From assembly GCA_963768655.1 (NCBI GenBank), contig CAVYIM010000009.1:32001-96000 (forward strand): a stretch of DNA of 64,000 bases. Reading direction: 5' to 3'. This DNA comes from an uncultured Chloroflexia bacterium (GTDB taxonomy: Bacteria; Chloroflexota; Limnocylindria; Limnocylindrales; CSP1-4). Under the pieces are notes generated by a model. The model was not told where the DNA came from. It saw only the letters and a list, made by a program, of their open reading frames with translations, and ran no database searches. Both the position numbers and the translations under genes were made by a program. Shown here piece by piece: positions 28,490-36,267 of this stretch. How positions within the stretch are numbered: the first letter of the stretch is position 1; the number at the start of each line of letters is the position of its first letter.

Positions 28490-28637
28490 GGACGCCGACG
28501 GCGGCGGGCGGGCCGCGCCGCTAGCCCAGCCCTTCGGGCAGGACGCCGACGGCGGCGGGCGGGCCGCGCCGCTAGCCCAGCCCTTCGGGCCGCGCCGCTA
28601 GCCCAGCCCTTCGGGCCGCGCCGCTAGCCCAGTCCTT
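28490..28637. repeat. Nested tandem repeats (51-bp x2, 26-bp x4) copying the thioesterase 3' end
   Basis: CGGGCCGCGCCGCTAGCCCAGCCCTT at 28509, 28560, 28586 and 28612 (last copy has one mismatch and holds the stop); 51-bp period 28490/28541. Confidence 0.92.
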
Positions 28638-29433
28638 CGAGGCGCGCCCTGAAGATGTCGGTGCCGTTCTGGCCGGTCAGGCGATAGGCCCAGCCGCCTT
28701 CGTGCGGCCAGGTCCGCCCCAGCAGCGGCTCGTCGCGCTCGGCGGAGCTGGCGAAGTCCAGGAGATAGCGGCGCGGCACCGTCCGCATTGCCTCGACCTG
28801 CCCGGCCGCTTCCAGCGCCTCCTCGAAGTAGTCGAGGTAGACGCTGTTGTTGACGTGGTCCAGCGGGTCCAGGTCGCGGCGGTGTACGTGGAAGCGCCGC
28901 TCGACGGCGTCCAGCGGCGCCTGCGGCAGCGCCACCTTGAGCATCTCGAAACTGGCGGCGCCGTCGACGACGAACTTGTGGAAGTCGTCCGGCACGCGCG
29001 TCGGAACGCCCCGCTCGTTGGTCATGACCCAGTCGATCTCCAGGCGCGCCAGTAGCTCGCCCGACGGGTTGCGGACGTCGGTTTCGCGCCGGGCGCTGAT
29101 GCGCCGATAGCCCGCGACTCGCGTGCTCACGAACACCCCGTCGTAGGTGTGGATCGGCGCCAGGACGTCCAGGCGGATCGCCCGAACCAGCCAGAAGAGG
29201 CCGCGCTCGGTGTACCAATCGCGCCCGAACCCGAGCAGCGTCGAGTGCTGCCAGGCGACGTCGGCTGTCCAGGCCAGGTAGATCGCCGCCCGGATCGTCT
29301 CGCTGACGGTCGACTCCTCGAAGCGGACCCTGAAGGGACGAACGATCCGGTAGGGCAGCTCGTCGCGCAGGGCCGCCGGAATCTCCGGCGCGCCGGCAGG
29401 CGTCGCGGCCTCGTCGAGGACCCACTCACTCAC
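28624..29433 (-). CDS. Acyl-ACP/acyl-CoA thioesterase (double hotdog)
   Basis: FRVRFEE..YLAWTADVAWQHS..FWLVRAIRL; VHRRDLDPLDHVNNSVYLDYFEE; GTG overlaps the upstream stop. Confidence 0.87.
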   Translation of the reverse strand: MSEWVLDEAATPAGAPEIPAALRDELPYRIVRPFRVRFEESTVSETIRAAIYLAWTADVAWQHSTLLGFGRDWYTERGLFWLVRAIRLDVLAPIHTYDGVFVSTRVAGYRRISARRETDVRNPSGELLARLEIDWVMTNERGVPTRVPDDFHKFVVDGAASFEMLKVALPQAPLDAVERRFHVHRRDLDPLDHVNNSVYLDYFEEALEAAGQVEAMRTVPRRYLLDFASSAERDEPLLGRTWPHEGGWAYRLTGQNGTDIFRARLEGLG

Positions 29434-30505
29434 GGGCGAGCCCCCCGAGCTCGTCGATGGTCTCCAGGGCGACCAGCCGCGTCCCCTCGCGGCGGGCGGT
29501 CGATCGAGCGAGCCGGATCGCGGCCGACCTTCGGGCGTCGAAGACCACCAGGGCGACGGTGAGGTCGACCTCCTCGTCGGCGGCGTGCGACCGGGCGTCG
29601 TCGAGCTGGTTGAGGACGTCGGCGTTGATGCCCCGGGCGCCCCACTTGCAGTCGTACACGGCAGGCCGCTCCGGCAACTCGACCGTGACGTCGTAGGGGT
29701 GGATCTCCGCCGGGACGCCGTCGAAGAGGACGCGCCGCTCCCGGCGCACGGGTCCGTCACGGCGGGCGAGCAGCTGCGCGGTCAACTCTTCGACGACGGC
29801 GCCGCGGTACGAGCTGCGGGCCTGCTCGCCGCGATTGGCGACCTCGAGGGAGGCCGCAAGGAGGCTCTCGGCGTGGGCGCGCAACTCGGCCGCGGGCCCC
29901 GCGCCTGCGGGCCCCTCGCCAAAGAGCGCCGGAAACATCCACCGCCAGATCTCGGGGTCGGTTCGCTCGCCGTTCATCACGGCGCGGGCCATCCAGCGCT
30001 CCGCCGGGGTGGCAGCGGCGAGCAGCACCGCCACTCTCGCGACGAGCGGGTCGGCCTGTATCCCGGCGTAGACCACGGTTCGAGCGTCGCGGGCGGCGTC
30101 CTGGAATCTCGATCGGTGGAACCGCAGCAGCACGCCGAAGGGCGAGTCGTCGTCGGGACCCGGCGGTTCGGGCCCGGCCGCCTCCGTGCCTTCGGCCGAG
30201 GCCGACTCGGGCCCCTCGACGTCTCCGCCGAGTGCGATCGCCACCACGTGCGGGAAGGTCGAGAGCCAGTCGATGGCCCGATGCGGGTCGCTTATCAGCC
30301 CGATCTCGGCGATCGCCTCGTCCACGGCCGCAGCCGCCCCGACGGGGAGCGGCGCCGTCCCGCCGCCCAACGCGCGGATGCTCGGCAGATACGCGTCGGT
30401 CAAATCCGTGACGTACTGCCACTCGTCCTCGACCGTCTCGGCCAGGTCGGCCAGGGCGCGGTAGGCCACGGCGGCGCGTTCGGCGGCGTCGGCTCTCTCG
30501 CTCAC
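29426..30505 (-). CDS. Hypothetical protein with a C-terminal PD-(D/E)XK nuclease-like domain
   Basis: RGAVVEEL helix, then PYDV..(12 aa)..YDCK, QL and a VALVVF strand. Confidence 0.65.
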   Translation of the reverse strand: MSERADAAERAAVAYRALADLAETVEDEWQYVTDLTDAYLPSIRALGGGTAPLPVGAAAAVDEAIAEIGLISDPHRAIDWLSTFPHVVAIALGGDVEGPESASAEGTEAAGPEPPGPDDDSPFGVLLRFHRSRFQDAARDARTVVYAGIQADPLVARVAVLLAAATPAERWMARAVMNGERTDPEIWRWMFPALFGEGPAGAGPAAELRAHAESLLAASLEVANRGEQARSSYRGAVVEELTAQLLARRDGPVRRERRVLFDGVPAEIHPYDVTVELPERPAVYDCKWGARGINADVLNQLDDARSHAADEEVDLTVALVVFDARRSAAIRLARSTARREGTRLVALETIDELGGLARE

Positions 30506-30539
30506 CCGCCAAGCGTACCGGATGCGCAGAGGCGCCGAC

Positions 30540-31922
30540 CTATGGAAAGATCCAGGTCAGGCCCCCGTCGTGGGTCTCGGCGAACTCGCCCTTGTCGGGC
30601 AGCGAGCCCATGCAACCGTTCACGGGCGGCGGGCAGACCGGGTTGATCTCGAAGATGGCCCAGCCGTCCGTCGCGCTCACGAACGAGACGGCCATGATGT
30701 GCCAGCCGGCCGGGACGGCTCCGGTCGAGGTCGTCCAGGTCTCGCCGGCGTCGGAAGTGGCTCGCACTTGTATGGCCCCATCGCCAGTCGTGAAGTCCAG
30801 CCATGTCTGACCGTCCACGATTGCCCAGACGTCCGTCTCCGATTCGGCAGACGCGGTGAACGCCGGCCGCCAGCTCAGACCGGCGTCGGCGCTCACGTAT
30901 GCGGTAGGCTCGTAAGGGGTGGTGGGGCCGCCTATAAAGGCAAGCAGGACCAGCTGAGGGCCGAAGGCGCGCAGTAGAGACACACCGGCGTACCGCGGGG
31001 CCGCCGATCCGCTGGTAGCGGGCAGACTCACGGTGGACCAGTGCGCCCCGCCATCTTGCGTCCGCAGGACCGCCCGCCAGCCCGCGATCACGCCATCGAG
31101 CGGGCCCGAGAAGACGATGACCGGGAGAGGACCGCTCATCGGAGGCTCGTCGGGCAGCGTCACGGCGCGGACGCGCTGCAGGCTCGCTCCCCCGTTGCCG
31201 GTCCTGTACAGTACCCACGGTTCCGCGCTCTGGCTGTTGTCGGCCGATAGCAGCAAGTAGCCCGTCGATGCCGAGACGAAGCTCATGCTGGCGCTCATGC
31301 CCGTCCTCCCGGCCGGCAAGGCGGTTTCCTGCCAGCTCCGGCCGCCGTCGGCCGTCCGCCAGAGCGGGCCGTCGGCACCGAGGAACCAGCCGTGATTAGC
31401 GTCGACGAATTCGATGATCGGCTGGCTTGACTGGCCGGGTGGCGTGGCATCCCGCCAGGTCGCCCCGGCGTCGTCAGTGATGATGAGGTGCGGGGTTGTG
31501 AACATGGCCGAGCTCGACACGTAAGCCCAGCCGGTCGTCTCGTCGATCCGCCCTATGGCGGCGACACGTAGTCCTGGTGAGGCGATTAAGGACAGCGGCG
31601 ACGCGGACGGGCTAGGCGACCCAGACAGGATCGGCGACCCGGACGGGTTGACCACGGCACTCGCAGAGGCCGAAGGCGCGACGGCCGAGCGCTGGCGCGA
31701 GAGGCCGAAGCCAACGCCGGCGACGACCAGGGTGATCAGCAGGACTGCAGCCAAACCAGCCACCGAATGCCGCGATCGGCCTCGCTTCATCACGCCAACC
31801 TCGACCTTCGCGCTCAGCACTTCCGGTCGCGCCGCGGGCGGACGCGACATGGCCGTGAGATCCGCCCACTCCCCGATGCGGCGATCCGCGCCGCCGCGAT
31901 CTTCCGTCGATTGGCCGTTCAT
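30540..31922 (-). CDS. Single-TM protein with an extracytoplasmic BNR/Ycf48-like beta-propeller; putative anti-sigma factor
   Basis: TM LAAVLLITLVVAGVGFGL, S/P linker, Asp-box repeats (TDDAGATW, TADGGRSW, TQDGGAHW, THDGGLTW); TGATG overlap with the ECF gene. Confidence 0.8.
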   Translation of the reverse strand: MNGQSTEDRGGADRRIGEWADLTAMSRPPAARPEVLSAKVEVGVMKRGRSRHSVAGLAAVLLITLVVAGVGFGLSRQRSAVAPSASASAVVNPSGSPILSGSPSPSASPLSLIASPGLRVAAIGRIDETTGWAYVSSSAMFTTPHLIITDDAGATWRDATPPGQSSQPIIEFVDANHGWFLGADGPLWRTADGGRSWQETALPAGRTGMSASMSFVSASTGYLLLSADNSQSAEPWVLYRTGNGGASLQRVRAVTLPDEPPMSGPLPVIVFSGPLDGVIAGWRAVLRTQDGGAHWSTVSLPATSGSAAPRYAGVSLLRAFGPQLVLLAFIGGPTTPYEPTAYVSADAGLSWRPAFTASAESETDVWAIVDGQTWLDFTTGDGAIQVRATSDAGETWTTSTGAVPAGWHIMAVSFVSATDGWAIFEINPVCPPPVNGCMGSLPDKGEFAETHDGGLTWIFP

Positions 31923-32431
31923 CACGCTTCCTCCAGCTTCCGCCGGGCGCGGAAGACCGCGGACCGAACCGCCGCGGAAGTCGTACCGAGAGCCGCCGCC
32001 GCTTCTTCCGAATCGAGACCCGAGACCGCGGTCAGGGCCAGGGCCGCGCGCTCGAGCCGGCTGAGCCGGGCGAACGCGGCCCGGACGTCGAGCCAGCGGG
32101 CGCGCTGGTCGAGATCGAGCGCCGTCTCGATGGCGCGGGGGCCGATCAGCCGGCGCAGCCGCCGGAAGCGATCCGTGGCCAGGTGGCGGGCGGTCGTCAG
32201 AAGCCAGGGCAGCATGGGCTCGCCCCAGTCGACCGAGTCGCGCCGCTTCCAGAGTCGCGCGAACGACTCCTGGGCGATCTCTTCGGCGGCCGGCCAGTCG
32301 TTCGTCCACGCCAGGGCGAGGCGAAAGACCGGCGTCCAGCAATCCGCGTAGGCGCCCTCGAAGGCGCGCCTCGTCGGCTCTGCGGAGCCGGCCGACGCAG
32401 TGGCGGCGGGAACGACGATCGGCATCATCAC
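31922..32431 (-). CDS. ECF RNA polymerase sigma factor
   Basis: Region 2 AEEIAQESFARLW..PWLLTTARHLATDRFR; region 4 LSRLERAALAL..EEAAAALG..AVRSAVFRARRKL. Start could be 32440, 32431 or 32428. Confidence 0.9.
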   Translation of the reverse strand: MMMPIVVPAATASAGSAEPTRRAFEGAYADCWTPVFRLALAWTNDWPAAEEIAQESFARLWKRRDSVDWGEPMLPWLLTTARHLATDRFRRLRRLIGPRAIETALDLDQRARWLDVRAAFARLSRLERAALALTAVSGLDSEEAAAALGTTSAAVRSAVFRARRKLEEA

Positions 32432-32515
32432 TTTGTACACGCCGGAGACGGCCGTTTCGTTCTACGGTAGTGGCAGACGGCGATCGAATCGAGCCGTGAA
32501 GCGGAGGAGCGAGCG

Positions 32516-33307
32516 ATGGATCTGGGTCTGGCAGGGCGGACGGCCCTGGTCGGCGGCGCCTCGGCCGGCCTCGGGCGCGCCAGCGCGGAGCGGCTCGCGG
32601 CCGAGGGTTGCCGGCTGGCGTTGTGGTCGCGCGGCGGCGAGGCGCTGGAGCGGACGGCAAGTGAGATCCGGCGCGCTCACTCGGTCGAGGTGACGACGAT
32701 CTCCGGCGACGCCGCCGATCCTGCGACGGCTGGTCGGGTGGCGGCTGCCGCCGAGAAGGCTCTCGGCCGAGTCGACATCGTCGTCCTGAACGCCGGCGGG
32801 CCGCCTCCCTCCGAGGCGACCGCGACGGACCCCGCGGAGTGGCGGCGCTCGTTCCAGCTGCTGGCGATAACGCCGATCGAGCTGACCACGCTCTTGCTCC
32901 CGGGCATGCGTGAGCGCCAGTGGGGCCGAGTCGTGTCGATCATGTCGTCGGGCATTCGACAGCCTATTCCCGAGCTTGTGTATTCGGGCGCGTGCCGGAG
33001 CGCGCTGGCCGCCTGGCTCAAGACGATCTCGCTCGAAGTCATCGTCGATGGCGTGACGGTCAACGGCGTCCTGCCGGGCCGGCTCGACACGGCGCGGGTC
33101 GCCTCGCTCGACCGGACGCGGGCCGAACGCGCCGGCACGACCGCCGCGGATGTCAGGGCGGCATTCGAGCGGGCGATTCCGGCCGGCCGCTACGGCGACC
33201 CAGACGAGCTCGGCGCGTACGTGGCCTGGCTCTGTTCGGACCCGGCCCGCTACCAGACCGGCACCTTCGTCCCGATCGACGGCGGCTCGTTGCGCGGCCT
33301 GCCGTAG
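32516..33307 (+). CDS. SDR family oxidoreductase
   Basis: GASAGLG, VLNAGGPP, NGVLPGRLDTAR, IPAGRYG, IDGG; SD GGAGGAG. Confidence 0.9.
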   Translation: MDLGLAGRTALVGGASAGLGRASAERLAAEGCRLALWSRGGEALERTASEIRRAHSVEVTTISGDAADPATAGRVAAAAEKALGRVDIVVLNAGGPPPSEATATDPAEWRRSFQLLAITPIELTTLLLPGMRERQWGRVVSIMSSGIRQPIPELVYSGACRSALAAWLKTISLEVIVDGVTVNGVLPGRLDTARVASLDRTRAERAGTTAADVRAAFERAIPAGRYGDPDELGAYVAWLCSDPARYQTGTFVPIDGGSLRGLP

Positions 33308-33336
33308 CCCGGACGAGGGGCACCGGCCGCTCGGCG

Positions 33337-35937
33337 TCAGGCGGCCTCGGCGTGCCGGCGTTCCCGACTGGGCGGATCGGCCGGCGCGACGATGGCCGGG
33401 CCTTGGCTCGCCCCGGTCCCGGCTTCGGCCCCCTCCGCATCGTCTCGATCTATCTTGAACCTGGCCGTGGAGCCCTCCAGCTCGCGGGCGATGCTCGTCA
33501 GCGCCGACGCGGCGTCGTTCACTTCCTGGGCTTGATGGGATACTTCGACGGTCGTGGCCGCCACGCGTTCGGCTGAGGCAGCGTTCTCCTCGCTGATGGC
33601 GGCCACGTTCTCGACCACTTCGAGCGCCTCGCGGATGCCGGCGGCGGCGGTCTCCGATCGTTCCGTGTTCGCCTCGACGACGGTCGAGACCTGTTCGATG
33701 GCCGTCGTGAGATCGTCCATGACGCTCGCCACCGCCTGGTTGGCATCGACCATCTCGGCGGTTTCGCGCTGCGTGGTCGCCGCAGACTGGAGCAGCTCGT
33801 CCAGCGCCTGACCCGAATGCCTGGCCAGGGACGAGCCTTCGTGGACCTTCTCCATGGCCGCGTCCATCGCCTCCGCGGCGTGCCGCGCGCTGGATTGGAC
33901 CGTGCCGATGATCGTCCCGATCTCCTTGGTCGCGGCCGCCGATTTCTCCGCCAGCTTGCGAACCTCGCTGGCGACGACGGCGAAGCCCTTGCCCTGCTCG
34001 CCCGCTCGGGCGGCCTCGATGGCGGCGTTCAGCGCCAGCAGGTTGGTCTGCGCGGCGATGTCCTCGATCGTGGCGACGATCTCGCCGATCTCCTCGGCGT
34101 GGGCGTTCGTCTGCTGGATGATCGTCGCGGACGAATCGACGGCCCGCTCGATCGACTCCATCTGCGCCAGCGTCTGGCGGAGCAATTCTGATCCGCGCTG
34201 AGCCGTGACCACAGCCTGGGTCGTCGCGGCCACGACGGCCTCCGAGCTGGAGGCGGCGACCTCCACGGCATGGGCTATGTGGGCGGCCGTCTGTGACAGG
34301 CTGCCAACGGATCGCGCCTGGTCCCGGGCACCCGCGGCGATCGCGTCGACCAATTCCGCGATACGGTGAAGGCTGTTGCTTGCGCGTGTCACCGCGGCGG
34401 CTTCGTTGTTGGCCGCCTCTGCCATCTGCGAGACGGTGTGGGCGATGTCGCTTGTCGCCGTCCCGGATGACTCCGCCGTGGTCGCCAGATCGGTGCTCAC
34501 CACCATCAGCCGCTGGGCCCGATGGCTGAGCGTATACATGAGCCCGCGCAGGCTGGACAATTCAGAGTTGAACGTCGCGACCGGCACGCCCGCGGCGACC
34601 GCCCTGTTGATCGACGCGACGAGCCCGGTGTCGTTTACCGGCGTTGCCAGCGCGTCGTAGCCCTGGTGCGCCAGCGACTCGATGGCCGGGCCACGGATCG
34701 ACAGATCCCACGCCAGGTTCGGCTCGGGGACGATCCACTCCACGTCCGCGTTGTATGGTCGAAGCTCTTCGGCGGCGGCCAGGGCACCATCGCGGACGGG
34801 ATACCAGAACGAGCTGTCCTCGATCCCGACGATGCCTATGCGCAGCCTGCGGGGCGAGGTCTTCATCGGTCTGGGCCGCCGCTCGATCGTCGCCTGCGAC
34901 TGGATCACGCCCTTGCCCGCCCGCCAGAACTGGCCCCAGTTCTCTGCTGTGACCAGGTCCATCGCGGTCAGCAGGCGTGGATCCTGCGGCTGCCAGCCTG
35001 CGGCCAGGTGGTTGAACAGATGTATCGCCACGTCATGGCCCTGGGCGTAGGGATCCTGGCCGACCGTCGCCGAGATGACGCCCTTAGATACGTAGGGCAT
35101 CACTTCGTCGGTCAGGTCGTGACAGATGAGCGTGACGCGGCCCGCCAGGCCGGCGTTGACCAACGTCAGCGCGGCGCCGGTGGCCGGGCCGGTGCAGTAG
35201 ATGCCCGCCAGGCGCGGGTACTTCCGCAAGAGCGAAGCTGGGACCTCGGCCTGGTCCGTCGACTCCAGGACTTCCACGATCTCGATACCCGGATACCTCT
35301 CGCGCAGCATCGACCCGAAGCCTCTGCGGCGCACTTCGAGGCCGGTGTTGCGCAGGTTGCCCGACAGGACGATCACCTGGCCGCGGCCGCCGAGCGTCCG
35401 GCCCATCAGGTCGCCGCAGGTCTGACCCTGCAGGTACCCGTCGGGACCGACATAGAAGAGTCGCCGGCAGGCTTCGTCGGTAACGCTGTTGAGTTGCTCG
35501 GCGCCTTCGGCGAGCCTGGCCGCGATCTCGTTGACGACCTCGCCGAGGTGGCTGACCTCCGCTGCGCAGGTGGAGTCCAATGCGATGGCGCGCGTACGAG
35601 GCTCGAGCCGGCTGGTCAGATCGCCCTGCGCGACGGAGCTGAGCATGTCCGCAAAGGCCGCGGCATCCTCCGAGGCGAGCGCTTCCGTGGCGATCGTGAT
35701 GCGGGCCAGCGGCCGCGACATGGTCAGTCGCACGATCCCGAGCGTCACGGCCCAACCTGCCGCCATCCCGAGGCCCAGGATCGCCGGCGCGCTTCCGGCT
35801 ACCGACGCCCCGGCCAGGGTGGCTATGACCCAGACAGAGATGCACAGCAGGCCAAGCCCCAGGCCGGCGTACGTGACCCCTCGAAGCAGCAACGGGCCGG
35901 CGGCAGAGACCGTCGAGCGCAGGAATCTCGGTGTCAT
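33337..35937 (-). CDS. Methyl-accepting chemotaxis protein with an internal sugar-binding-protein-like domain
   Basis: Two N-terminal TMs, HAMP-like [10 protein letters not shown], RbsB-like segments, MCP tip [38 protein letters not shown]. Confidence 0.92.
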   Translation of the reverse strand: MTPRFLRSTVSAAGPLLLRGVTYAGLGLGLLCISVWVIATLAGASVAGSAPAILGLGMAAGWAVTLGIVRLTMSRPLARITIATEALASEDAAAFADMLSSVAQGDLTSRLEPRTRAIALDSTCAAEVSHLGEVVNEIAARLAEGAEQLNSVTDEACRRLFYVGPDGYLQGQTCGDLMGRTLGGRGQVIVLSGNLRNTGLEVRRRGFGSMLRERYPGIEIVEVLESTDQAEVPASLLRKYPRLAGIYCTGPATGAALTLVNAGLAGRVTLICHDLTDEVMPYVSKGVISATVGQDPYAQGHDVAIHLFNHLAAGWQPQDPRLLTAMDLVTAENWGQFWRAGKGVIQSQATIERRPRPMKTSPRRLRIGIVGIEDSSFWYPVRDGALAAAEELRPYNADVEWIVPEPNLAWDLSIRGPAIESLAHQGYDALATPVNDTGLVASINRAVAAGVPVATFNSELSSLRGLMYTLSHRAQRLMVVSTDLATTAESSGTATSDIAHTVSQMAEAANNEAAAVTRASNSLHRIAELVDAIAAGARDQARSVGSLSQTAAHIAHAVEVAASSSEAVVAATTQAVVTAQRGSELLRQTLAQMESIERAVDSSATIIQQTNAHAEEIGEIVATIEDIAAQTNLLALNAAIEAARAGEQGKGFAVVASEVRKLAEKSAAATKEIGTIIGTVQSSARHAAEAMDAAMEKVHEGSSLARHSGQALDELLQSAATTQRETAEMVDANQAVASVMDDLTTAIEQVSTVVEANTERSETAAAGIREALEVVENVAAISEENAASAERVAATTVEVSHQAQEVNDAASALTSIARELEGSTARFKIDRDDAEGAEAGTGASQGPAIVAPADPPSRERRHAEAA

Positions 35938-36267
35938 CTTTACTCCGCCTCGAACCTCAAGCTGGCGACGCTCCTTGACCGCACGATCTGCTTCGTGAGA
36001 CTCCCCGGGACGCCATGCGCAGGGCCGTTTCATCGCTGGGAGAGGAGCCCTTTCCAGTTGTCGGTCGCCACTCGGCTCCCCTTCAGCGGGAAACTGGGCG
36101 GGCTCACCACCGACAAGCGACCGCCAGTGGACGGGGAGCAGCCCATAGATGACCCCCATCGCGCGGAACTGGCCCTGTCGCTGCTATCACCTGGCGCTCC
36201 CGCATCGCGGGCACGAGACGAGCGGTCCAACAAGACGGGTGGCTCGACTGGGACCGGCGTCGTGCGA

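Noticed and set aside
28490-28637. 26-bp repeats resembling a mini CRISPR array
   Set aside because: Repeats are directly adjacent or separated by a duplicated segment, copy a gene end, and there are no unique spacers or cas genes.
30540-32660. 706-aa ORF spanning the ECF sigma and propeller genes
   Set aside because: The N-terminal part is an alternative frame over the sigma gene; the real start is 31922.
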